DNA from: Selaginella moellendorffii
Taxonomy: Eukaryota; Plantae; Lycopodiophyta
Length of the DNA stretch: 64,000 nt
NCBI RefSeq assembly: GCF_000143415.4
Contig: NW_003314286.1
Location: 263,766 to 327,765 of the forward strand
Reading direction: 5' to 3'
The position numbers and the translations under genes were made by a program. Below, piece after piece: positions 39,063 through 50,700 of the stretch. Every line of letters begins with the position of its first letter. The first letter of the stretch is position 1. Under the pieces are notes generated by a model, which saw only the letters and a program-made list of their open reading frames with translations, did no database searches and was not told the origin of the DNA.

Positions 39063-42000
39063 TCAAGAACGAGTGGAACGAGGATGTGAATGAGAACGAT
39101 GAGGAGGATGAGATGAGCGGCGAGGGATGGGAGATGGAGAAAAAGAATGAGGACTGGGACAACTAGGATAGCGGCGGTGGAAGTCCTGAACAAGGTCAGG
39201 AGAATGAATCAGGTTGTCTGCAGGTTCCCAAGTGCGTTCTTCAGGCCCGTAACCCTTCCAGTCGACCAGATAGTAGAGTTTAGACCGTGAAATCTTGGAA
39301 TCAAGGATGTCCTGAACCTCGTACTCAGACCCATCCTCGAGCTGCACTGGTGGAGGTGGAGGAATGACCCGATTGGGAATAGGACTGGGAATATAAGGCT
39401 CAAGGAGAGAGGAATGAAAAACGGGGTGAATTTGATATGAGGAGGGAAGTGCAAGGCGATAAGTGACAGGATTAATGATGGCAGTGATAGGGAAAGGACT
39501 GAGGCGTTTGAAATCAAGTTTTGGACAGGGCCTGGTGGTGGAGATATTTCGCCTGAGGAGCCAAACTTTATCCCCGATATTGTAAGGGGGACAATCCTGA
39601 CGATGGACATTGGCAAATGTTTTGTGAGATTCCTGAGCACGATGGAGGTGGAAGGAGATGGAGTTGTGGATTTCTTGGAGGTTGGAGACAAATGCCTCAG
39701 AGCGGGGATTTGAATGAGAGGATTCGGATGGAGAAGGAAGTGAGAGATTGAATCGGGGATTTCGGCCAGAGTTTGCAAAGAAGGGGGAAATTTGAAGAGA
39801 GGAGTGAATAGAGTTGTTATAGGAGAACTCAGCAAGGGGAAGGATATCGAACCAGTTATCTTGATGATAGTTGATGAAGCACCTTAAGAATTGTTCCAAC
39901 GTCTGAATCGTTCGCTCGGACTGCCCATCAGTTTGAGGATGATACGCCGAAGAGAGGTTGGCCTTCACTCCAAGCAGCTGCAAAAACCGTTGCCAAAAAT
40001 GAGAGATGAACTGAGGCCCCCGATCCGAAACCACATCTGTAGGAATCCCATGAAGTCGGAAAATTTCCCTGAATACCAGTTTTGCCATGTCCTCGCCCGA
40101 AAACTCCTTGGTACATGGCAAGAAGTGCGCCATCTTTGTGAAGCGATCCACCACGACTAAAATGCTGTTGAAGCCTCCAGAACTCGGAAGATCACTCAAG
40201 AAATCCATGGAGATGGATTCCCAAGGACCTGAAGGGACTGGAAGGGAACGAAGTAAACCTGAAGGAAGGTGGCGAGGTACCTTATTCCGGGCGCAAGTGT
40301 CACAGGAGGTAACAAAAGCTTTGATGTAGTCGTCTATGTGAGGCCACCAAAAGTCCCGTGCAACTAGCTCATAGGTTTTCGCAATGCCGAAGTGACCAGC
40401 AGTCGGGCTATCGTGGCACGCCATTAGGACCAACCTTCGAGCATCACCTTCAGGAACATAAAGCTGCTCCCCACGGTATAATAAGCCATCTAAGAACTCG
40501 AACTCGTCAAATCGCCGGCAGTCGGGAGTCACAGGGTGTCCAGCCTGAAGATGGGGGAAAATGTCGCTGGCGAGATCAGTGGATTGAAGATCGTTTCTGA
40601 TGGCATCCATCAAGGAGGAGTCCTGAGGGGCCAGGGAAATTGCCATAACTTGAAGCCGATCAGGACCGAGGATAATTTGATCCTGTTGATCGAAGGCAGG
40701 ATTACCAGGCCTGAGACTGAGATAGGAGCGCCTTGAAAGAGCATCAGGAAGGCCTTGAAGCTTTCCAGGTCTGTACTTGATAACAAAGTCAAACCGACTC
40801 AGGAATTGTGCCCACCTTGCTTGACGACGGCTTAAAACTCGGGAAGTGGCGAAGTACTCGAGATTTTTGTGATCCATCCAGACTGTTGTTTGATGGCCCG
40901 CCCCCTCCAAGAAACGGCGCCACTCTCCAAAGGAATCCACGATGGCAAGGAGCTCCTTGTCGTGGATTTCGTAATTGATCTCCGCAGGCTGGAATTTCCG
41001 AGAATGGAAAGCGACCGGATGAAGTTCTTGATCCGCTCCGAGTTGAGACAGCACAGCACCGATGGCAAAGTCGGAGGCATCAGCCTCGATGAAGAAAGGT
41101 TGTGAGGAATCAGCATGGATCAACACGGGAGCAGAACTAAAGGCTGCCTTGAGTGTGTCGAAGGCGTGCTGGGCAGCAGTAGACCAAGAGAAGGGAACAT
41201 CCTTGCGAGTGAGATGCGTGAGAGGAAGGACAATGTCAGAGTAGTGATCAATGAATTTGCGGTAGAAGTTGGCGAAGCCAAGGAAAACCTGAACGTCTGA
41301 CATTGATTGTGGAGGCTCTCACTCGAGAATAGTCTTGACTTTGGCAGGATCCATCGTGATACCCTCAGGAGTGACAATGTACCCAAGGAACTCCACAGAC
41401 TGCTGATCGAAGGAACATTTCTTAAGCTTCGCGTATAGGCCGTGTTCTCGCAGCTTCGCCAGCACCTTGCGTACATGTTCGTCGTGCTCCTCCTGAGTTC
41501 TTGAGTAGATGAGGATGTCATCGAGGTAGACGATCACCATCTGATCAAGAAACTCCCAAAAGACATCGTTCGCCATGTGTTGGAAAACTGCGGGAGCATT
41601 TGTCAAGCCAAATGGCATGACAGTGTACTCGAAGTGGCCATAGCGGGTTCGGAACGCAGTCTTCCATTCATCACCAGGCCGGATCCAGATCAGGTTGTAT
41701 GCGCCACGGAGGTCAATCTTGGTGAAGAAGCGGGCACCGCCGAGGCGTTCCAACAGGTCCAAGATCAGGGGCAGCGGATAACGGTTCCGAACAGTCACCT
41801 TGTTCAAACCTCGGTAATCGATGACTAACCGCAAACTCCCATCCTTCTTCTTGACAAAGAAGACAGGCACTCCAGCCGGGGACTGCGAATGCTGAATGAA
41901 CCCCGAGGCAAGGTTCTCATCCACGTACTCTTTGAGGGTTTTAAGCTCGGACGGGGATAACCCGTAGATAGGCCCCCATGGAGGCGACGCTCCTTCCTGT

Positions 42001-42854
42001 AAATCAATGGGATAGTCATAAGGCCGATGAGCAGGCAGTACACTAGCTTTTTTCTTGTCAAACACATCCCCAAAATCATGATACTTCTCAGGAAGACTGA
42101 CAGGAAAAACATGCAAAGCAAAAAGGAAAATAGATTCTTCATGAAGGAGTTCTTTCATAGTGATTGTGGAGATAGGAGGAGGTGTACGACAAAATGGAAT
42201 GATGAGACGAGGATACTGTCCAGTGTAAGATGGAAGAGAGGAAAAAGAAGTGGATGAAAACTTCGTAGAGTCAGGAACAGAACCCCGATTTGAGTTTAGG
42301 GAACTTTTCCTGATTCGGACTCGATGAACACCAGGGGAAGCCGTGGGAGATGGTGATGTGGGAGAGTGGCGCCGAGTGGGAGAGATGAGCTGTAAGTCCT
42401 TCCAACAAATCTAAGGCTAATGTAGTTGGAACCAAGGAAGACCGAGCACCACAGAGGAGGACTTGCTGTTGATGATGTTGAAGGTGATATCGGTGACGGT
42501 GGACCTGATGTGTACTCGAACGGGCAACGTTTCCCTAAGTCCAGAAGATGGAGACACAAAATGCCCGTCGATGCCTTCAACCCTCAGATGCCGTATGGTA
42601 GGAGAAAGAGGAACGTGATGTCGGGCAGCAAAGTCCGTGTCCATGAAGCAGGAAGTTGCACCCGAGTCCAGTAGTGCCAAAGCCTTGAGTCCTGATTGTC
42701 CGGTGAAAGAAAGGAGACATGGGATGCGGAAGTTGCGGGAATTGGTGGTGGCTTTGATGAAAGGTGGTGAGGAGCTTGATAAGGAAGAAAAGTGATTTTT
42801 ATTTGGGGAGTCCAAACAGACAGCTCCTACTCTGTTTGGACAGGGTCGTTTCCC
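39063..42854 (-). pseudogene. pol: Pol (protease, RT, RNase H, integrase, chromodomain) with in-frame stops at 42417, 42411 and 41319
   Basis: Motifs ALLDSGAT, VYLDDILI, ADASDFAIGAVL, HHCC, VSDRGPQF, YHPQTDGQSE and YEVQDILDS..YYLVDWKGYGPEERTWEP. Confidence 0.93.
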
Positions 42855-43798
42855 GACTGCAACAGAGGTGGACTTTGAGGCAGAGTGAACTTGAGCAATC
42901 AGGGAGGCTTCTTGGGACACACAGCTGCTTTGTGATTAGGATCAGCACAGTAGAGGCAAAGATTATGAGATATTCGACGTTGCTTCTCAGCAGAACTCAA
43001 CTTCCCTCTAATGAGTCGGGGAGTACTAGAAATATCCATCGGGACCGGAGCAGTAGGTTCAGGACTATGCCCCGAAGACTCAAGCTGGGATTCCTGAGTC
43101 TGGGACGGAAAAACAGCGGCGCGGCGACTTTCCTGACGACGTTCAAAGAGACGGTTATCACATCGAACAGCTTTGTTGATGGCGTCCGACAGGTCCTTGG
43201 GATCCTCCATGGTGAGCAACAAATCCTTGACACCGTTGTTGAGGCCGAAACGAAATTGGTCAATCAGGGCTCGCTCATCCCACTGAGTGTCCAAGGCAAG
43301 GAGTTGGAACTCTGCAGCGTAGATCGAGGCAGGACGAGACCCCTGAGAGAGACGTCTCATATTTGTGGTAGCAGCCCGAACCCGATCCGTCTCGCCAAAA
43401 CATGCTTCGAGCTTCTCTTTGAACAATTGAAGATCCATCAGCTCCGGAACCACGACCCCTTTCATGCTCTTCTCCAGAAGAGGAGAAAACCATGACAAAG
43501 CTGCACCCTCGAGCAATGTCCCAATCGCGCCGATTTGAGACTCGGGAGTGGGGTACCGCCGATGTTGAAGTGCAAAGATCAGCTCCATTTGGTTAAAAAA
43601 TCCACGAAGCTCCGAACGCTTGCCTGAAAATTTCACCGGGAAACTCACCTTCGGTTCAGGAACTTTGTTGGATCCTTGAGCCGAAAGTGAAGCAAGCTCC
43701 TGCTGCATGCGAAGAAGGGTCGCCTTCAGCTCGGTATTCTCAGACTGGATTTTTGCAAGGACTTCGGCAAAGAAATCAGGATGGCTTGGAGACTCCAT
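42827..43798 (-). pseudogene. gag: Gag with a premature TGA at 42901-42899
   Basis: Motifs PEPKVSFPVKFSGKRSELRGF, LSQGSRPASIYAAEF and the zinc knuckle CLYCADPNHKAAVC. Confidence 0.9.
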
Positions 43799-43895
43799 TG
43801 GCAAGAAGAAAGAAAAGAAAAGGGGGAAAAGACAAAAGCAATCAAATAATCAAAACGAGCTAAAAGAAAAGCAAAAAGCACAATCTGAATCAAAC

Positions 43896-44266
43896 TGTCA
43901 AGACCCCCAACAAGATCAAGACTAGAAAATGCTAAAGACAAAGAGAAAAGCTAGTGGAAACAAAGAAGAGGCCTTAGACTAGTGTTGATTCAGATTGTGG
44001 AGAAATGGAACAAGGCTAACCTATATATACTATAGGTTGATGAAGCTCCACCACTCTTGGATCGAGGACGGCCTAAATATAGCTGAGGTTGAGGAGGCGC
44101 CACATCAATATCAGGAATGTGGCTCGAGACTCAGGAATCGGGAAGTGTCTTGAGAGTCAGGAATAGGGAAGTGTCTCGAGAGTTAGGAATAGGGAAGTGT
44201 CTCGAGAATCAGGAATGTGGTCTGCAGGTTAGGAATCTGGCGTCAAGAATTGGGGGATTCCTGACA
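43896..44266 (-). repeat. 5' LTR of the chromovirus
   Basis: TGTCA...TGACA termini; TATATATA on the element sense strand at 44029-44022. Confidence 0.96.
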
Positions 44267-44476
44267 AGCAACATCCTTGGAAGGTACCATTTGATCTCCT
44301 GGGGTAGTTAGAGGTGGCTTATCACCCAACATGTGGGCATAGCCTTCCTAGGTCACACTGGCTGACAATATGTCAAAGTGGAAAAGATTAGTATATTGCT
44401 TCTTGAGTCGGTCAATTATTATGATACAAAGATTGTCGAAAGGATCTAGAGAGGGAATAAAGGAGAAAAATGGAAA

Positions 44477-45032
44477 TGTGAGGGGGTTCCAAATGTATAG
44501 TAGGAATAGTGGGTAAGTCGGGCATGGTTGACTAACCTGAGGCATAGTTTAACTCCTGCTTGCATGCCTGTCTTTGTTCTGTGTTCGACTTGGGTCTAAG
44601 CTTAAATTCCATTCCATGCTAGTTAGTGGAGTACCCATGTCCTTGCGTTAGGCCATCGGTATGCCGAAATAGTGCCAGACTTCGTTTGGTTTCGTTTTGC
44701 GTGTTGGTCCTAGCATTGGGATGCTGGTTGCTCCAGGACTGTTCCAAGTCGCTCTAGGCTCTTGTCCCTTCGCTCCTTGGGCTGTATGCTCGGGAATTAC
44801 TCTGTGGTCCGGTTCCATCACTTCTTGGCTCCATGCTTGGGAGTTTTGCACCATTCCTTTGTTCAGTGGCCCAAGGCTCTGAACCTCGGGTTCTGCACCA
44901 TTGTCCTTTGGAAACGTGGCATATGACATGTGGCATGTGTCACGTGGCATAAAGAGGATTTAGGTTCCGCTTTGTGGTGTTACCCTATGGTAAATCACCA
45001 TAGGATAAAGGGTAAAAACCACGTGCGCTACA
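44477..45032 (+). repeat. 5' LTR of the old Gypsy element
   Basis: TGTGAGGGGGTTCC...GCTACA, followed by the PBS. Confidence 0.9.
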
Positions 45033-46829
45033 TTTGGTATCAAAGAACTACGTCTCAGTGAGTACTATCCAATGAGATTGGGCAACTAGTCTCGTTGCAT
45101 ACACAAAGATGAAAATAATGATCCAAGTAAGTACATGTTTGGGTGCAAAGACTTCGCAATCGTTCTTTGGGTATGGATTTTGGTTACCTTTTTGTACTAC
45201 ATTGTATAAGTTTGCTCTTGGGCTCATAAGATGGATTTGGGATGTTTCGTTTGCACGAGTTTAAGCTTAGGCTTGTGAGTGAGGCACATTAGCAACTTGA
45301 GGTTATACCTTGAGTTGGCAGGATTAATGAAAGTCTATCAGTGGTTCCATGAGTTGTTCTGTGTACTGTGGGTGAAAGTAAACCTTCCCTAGGTTTGTTA
45401 TGAGTGGCAAATAGGCTGGTCCGTAGCTATTTAGCAAGGCATTAGTGGATCCTTCTTAGGCATGATTATAAGTGAATCAATCAAGACTGTAGGGATTAGT
45501 TTATTGGTTCAAATAGTCATTGCTGTGCTCTCTCATAAACTTTTCTTGGATTAGACTGAAGGTAGTGCAAACGCAAGCTTAAGGTTTAGTCAAGGATGAG
45601 GCCGAAAAGAGAGTTGTCAGGGATGAAGGATCAAACACATAAATCATCTCCTCTTTTTGGATAGATGATTTGCAACATGGTGTTATCTCATTGCTTATGT
45701 TCACATTATGCAATCAAGAGTCCCTACCTTGATGCATGTTGGAAATGATAGTTTTACAAATGGCGAGTTGTGGGATGGATAGTGGTGAAGCGCTAATCCT
45801 TTTTGTCTAGGCTTGCTATTGAAGATTTGGGTTGCAATGCTCAATTCTTTTCTGAGAAACCTTGCTACTGCTCTTTGAATAACTTGGTGTTGGATTAGTT
45901 TTGAGTTTGGTCGGAAAGAGAGTGGCATGAGTTTGTCAGTGTTGTGAACAAAAGTTAGTGGTATTGGGTGTTGTAAATCTCTATCGGTGGAGTGTGGCAT
46001 TTATGTTGCATTTTATCGAATCGAGTTAGCACTTAATATTCACATAAACCTTTGAAGTAATGACATGGGCATTGCTCATGGTGTTGCTCAATTGATGATC
46101 AAGTTATTATGATTATTATATCATATCCATGTGATAATGAGCAATGTGTTTACAAAGTTGTTTGGTTAAATGATGATCAACCCCAAAGTGGTTGATGGTG
46201 AAGCTAGTCTACTTACATGTAGTAGCATTGTAGTAGCTTCAATTGGATTCTCAATAATAATTCATGCTAAGCTAAAATTGGTTCCTTGTTTCTTGAGGGT
46301 TGCCCATTGAGGTGTTAGGAAAGGATTATAGCATTCACTTGCTATGGCTTGTTGGTTTACCTGTTAGCACTTGGAGTAAATTATTGGAAGCTCTATTTCG
46401 TTAAAGTGGGAATTGTCATTATCCCACTTGTAAAATAAGGTTTCCAAACCTTTATATAGTATATAAATATAACAAAATTCAATTGCATTGAGGCACATGC
46501 CATTTTATTTTAAACAAGGAAATGTCTACTCAATCACTTCTCCTCCCCCTGCCACTGCTTCACCTCTCTCTTCTCCTTGTTATCGTCGTCCAATTTCTTT
46601 CCATCCTTTTAATATTGGCTTAGTTGCTCCGAGTCTAGGTGGAGCCCAAGTCCCCATTCAATCTTTACTTTCCCCTTATTAATAAAACAACTTCGTAGAC
46701 TTCCAATAACATGCTGTAACACTTCTAGTATAATGCAAATCGTCTCAAAGAATTGTCTTTTAATATTAATACAATGGCATGGAACCCCATGCCATAATAA
46801 GTTACATTTTTAAATAAATACATGCCATC

Positions 46830-47714
46830 TCAGACTGTTATTTTTTGCCTCCAACGCCTATACAATAATCTTGGAATTTCATCACTCTCCACACTATCAG
46901 GATTTAAACCCAATAGTAATGCTATCTCTTCTCTAATACGTCCACGCTCATGTTCAGTGGTCGAAGAACCCATCCGGTTAAGCAGATTATGGAGATGCGG
47001 ATAGTGCTTGGCTAGACAATATACATGCCATAAATGATGACTGGTGTCTGTCCGATCAAATGGCTTCTGATATACCGTTCCATCTGCCATTTGGTTGATT
47101 TCTGCAGCCACCTCCTGGACTGGCCGGTTCTCTATCACCATCGCTTCAAGCCGTTTTGCAAGGTCCCCCAGAACATACGGTTTCTTCTCCCTAGTTTCCA
47201 TACTGCAAGAGATGGGGTGCACTGCATATGTGTGCGTGTTCGCTGCAGTTTTAATCGGCGAGTCATCGATGATGAGGATTTCACTTGACCTAGCAGTCTG
47301 GTTCATCACTACAGCCTCTGGCTTGACGAAGATGGGCTTGCTACCCCTCACATGGACCATAGTCAAGCAATCCTCCTGCGTTAGGAGAAAGTCAAATGGT
47401 AATATTACTCGCGTCTGATTGTGCATCATCTGTAGCAACGTTAATGCATTGTGGCGCATCATGGATGTCCAAACTCCCAATTGCAAATTGAACCCGGCCC
47501 TCTGTTTTAAGTGTCGCATGGTTATTATTAGATCCCGCAGTTTCTCCCGTGTGATTAATGTGAATCTGTCACTTTTGACCAACTTGCGACCGCAGGCTTT
47601 GGAGGGTGCAGTGACATTCAAGGACGAGCCACGCTCATGGGAGAAAAGGACACCGTTCAGATCAAAAACGATACAGTACTTTCGCCGTGACTTTGAAATG
47701 AAATGCGTCAGCAT
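46830..47714 (-). CDS. FCP1/NIF-like HAD phosphatase-domain ORF (transposon cargo; possibly the last domain of the upstream gene)
   Basis: CIVFDLNGVL (motif I, DxN variant), LGVWTSM (II), KPIFVK (III) and ILIIDDSPIK (IV). Confidence 0.72.
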   Translation of the reverse strand: MLTHFISKSRRKYCIVFDLNGVLFSHERGSSLNVTAPSKACGRKLVKSDRFTLITREKLRDLIITMRHLKQRAGFNLQLGVWTSMMRHNALTLLQMMHNQTRVILPFDFLLTQEDCLTMVHVRGSKPIFVKPEAVVMNQTARSSEILIIDDSPIKTAANTHTYAVHPISCSMETREKKPYVLGDLAKRLEAMVIENRPVQEVAAEINQMADGTVYQKPFDRTDTSHHLWHVYCLAKHYPHLHNLLNRMGSSTTEHERGRIREEIALLLGLNPDSVESDEIPRLLYRRWRQKITV

Positions 47715-50700
47715 AAAAAATGGTACAAGTCAATTTTACCATCTACAATATTAGCGAATGGTGCTCCCGATGGTCGTTCAGAGGGTTTTGGTCGAGGAAA
47801 CGTGAAGGGCGGAAATACTCTCCTCTGCAATGTGGGGTCAATCGCATCCGATGGCGTGTGGGCACATGCCATTTCAGTTGTAGACTCTGGTACAACTGGC
47901 TCAACAGTGGCATGGGGTGGTTCCGATGGCGTGTGATCACACGCCATTTCAGCTGGTGCCTCCGTTGGCAAAGTGGACATGACCGAACAGGCAGCAGAGG
48001 CGGTGTAGGGAGGTTCCAACGGCACGTAGTCAGACGATTGGGCACACGTTGAGTCCGTTGGAAATGAGGATACGACCGGCTCGGCGGCTGGGGCGGCCTT
48101 ATGCGGGTCCAATGGCGCCTGGTCATCGTCAGTTGGATACGTGGACAAGATTGACTCAGTGGTATGGGCAGCATCAAGTGGAGCGTGGTCAGCTTGCTTG
48201 GCGTTGATATGGATAGTAGCCTCCACCAGCTCTGATGACTCTTGCAGGCAAGTAGAGTCCACTGGCGGATCCATATGCATGTCCAAATATCTCCCTTCGA
48301 TTGAGATGGTATCCTCCCTACTGGCTACTAAAAACAAACTCATTAGCACATTGAATCGACTATACTGTATTTACCATCAACTGCTATTGGGCGCACTGCT
48401 GATTCTGAAGGATTGGACATACGTTTCGACCCTTGCTTGGCACTATCCTTCCTCGACACTAAAGGCTAGAGTTTGTATCTTAATTCAACTGAATAATCTC
48501 TACTTACCATTTCTTTTGCGACCTACATGGACAATGTTAGAAATGGTAAAAGGTTAGGAATGGATGTACTATTATTTACCTGATGGTTTGTCTTGTATGA
48601 CCTTCCTCCACTGCTCTTTGGCCACCTCAGGCTGGCCATCGTCGTCATCATCGTCATCGTCGTTATTGTGATCGTCACCATTGTGAGGACCATCCAAGTC
48701 CTCTTCGTCCTCCTCTTCTTCGTCCTCCTCTTCGTCCTTCTGCTCTTCCTGCTCATTATCTTTCTCTGGCTCCTCATCCCCCTCCTGCATTTCTTCCATA
48801 GGCTGCTCAGGCTGGATGGCTTGTTTTTCCAGGACCATCTTGGGAAAATCATCTAGCCGAGTCTCCATCTCAAAATACAAGACATCCATAGCCTGTTTCA
48901 GTGCTTGACCTAGGACCGTATCCTCACCCGACTGTCTTAACATGGTTTCTGCACGTTCTTGCACCCTTCGAAGACGACGAGATGAGAAAAACGTGGCCCT
49001 GACTTGAAAAGCATCCCTCATCCATTGTACCTCTCCATTGAGATTGGGGAAGGGGAGTCCGCCATAGGAATCTGAGTCAGGAGGTGGTGACTGGCTCCTT
49101 TCACTCAGCCCTTGATCTGCAATGAATGGCATGAGCACACACGCCATAACCGCGAGGCATTACCTATCATCTTTTCGTTGCCCTTCTTCCTTTTCGAATC
49201 AAACGCCTCTGATCCCGACGACTGTCCAACGTGCTTTCGCTTTTTATGACCACTGTCAGTTTGAGCTTGGCTGGTGCTTGCCTGTTTTGCCTTTGAAGAA
49301 GTGTCTCCTGCAAGGAATGGCATGAGACCACACGCCATTGCAAATATAATTTGTACCTCCTTTTTTCCTATTGCTTGTCTGTTTGTCCTTCTTCGACGCG
49401 CCACCAGTGCGCTTTTCAGTCCTCATGTCTGAATATTCACAACGATCTATAATCAAAATGGCGTGAGGCCTCACGTGACCTTACCTTGTGTAGGTTGTGA
49501 GCTCGGCCTAACATCAGTAGCTGTTAACGCCGTTTCAGCATCTGGGGGTGGCCACGCTCCTGCATACAGAGCTTGTGAGATAACATTTAAACTTAAAGTG
49601 CGTACTCACCAGGTTTGCAGAGAAGATACTGTTTTTCTTTGGCAACTGTAATTATATGCTCCATTGAAGTCACCTCTTCAATGGAGTTTGTCACCGCAAC
49701 ACACGGGACACCCTTGAGTAGTGCGGCTCGAAAGAATAGTCCGCCGCAGTTGTACTCGACAACGCATTTGCCCTTGGTGTCACCCGCTATTGCGTTGAAG
49801 ACCCAGCTGAGCATTTCCCATGCTGCACCTGGAGCTTTCTTTGGATTCGAAAGTTCCATAGCCGTCTTCAGTTCCTCAGGCACGGGTAAATTGACCTCCC
49901 TCAGATCAATTCGATCGGCCTTGTCGAACGAAGCTGGGAAGTCACTCCAGTCCCACTCTACTGCAGGACCAATAACAAGGGCAAGTGTGAAGATGCGGAC
50001 ATTCGTCGGTATCTTCTTCTTAGCCATTATCCCATGGATCTCCCGCATCTCCTTGCCTTTCAACCGAGCCTTCACCTCGTTCAAGGCCTTCCAGAACTTG
50101 TGATAGGATTCGGAGTCGTAGATCATATAGTGGACTGAAGATTCCACCTCCGCAAGTCCCACCATTAAGTCAATGATGGAGCTGACTTCGTCTGCATGAG
50201 TGATCTCTTCGTTTGTGAAGTCCATCACACAAAAGATGCTCTTGACCTGCTCATCTCCGCGGGAAACGATGCTCCTCCACCTTTGATCCTCATCCGAATT
50301 CACGTATACCCGGTAAGGTTCTCGATAGGCCTCTGCTGCGGGGTCGAGCTGTTTCTGAAGCCGGCGGTCGACATCCCTCTTAATAAAATTTGGATATTGA
50401 TCCAACTTCTTAGCTTTACTTTTCGTGGCATCCCGCAGCAGATCGATGAACTTGGGGGCCCCCTTCACGTACTCGTCGATGTCTTCATTTGACAAGTCCA
50501 GCTCTTCCATCATCTCTTGCGTGGTGTCGATGCTCACCCTCTCCACGGCCACTTGCTCGAAGATCCAATCCTTCAATAGCGCACGAGCTCTCAGAGTCGT
50601 GCACAAGTCCTCGTATGTCACAATATGGCCGGGAGTCATTTTGGTCTTGTTGAAGACTACCTCACCACGTAGAAGAGCATTAGCCACTGTCAGAAGGTCG

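Larger units (their letters stand above)
38681..44266 (-). mobile_element. Full-length Ty3/Gypsy chromovirus (Tcn1-like), inactivated by nonsense mutations
   Basis: Two 371-bp LTRs with TG...CA ends; 5-bp TSD AGCAA (38676-38680 and 44267-44271); gag-PR-RT-RH-INT-chromodomain order; PPT at 39052-39064. Confidence 0.96.

Noticed and set aside
42764-43495. 243-aa ORF antisense to gag
   Set aside because: No domain evidence; treated as a shadow ORF.
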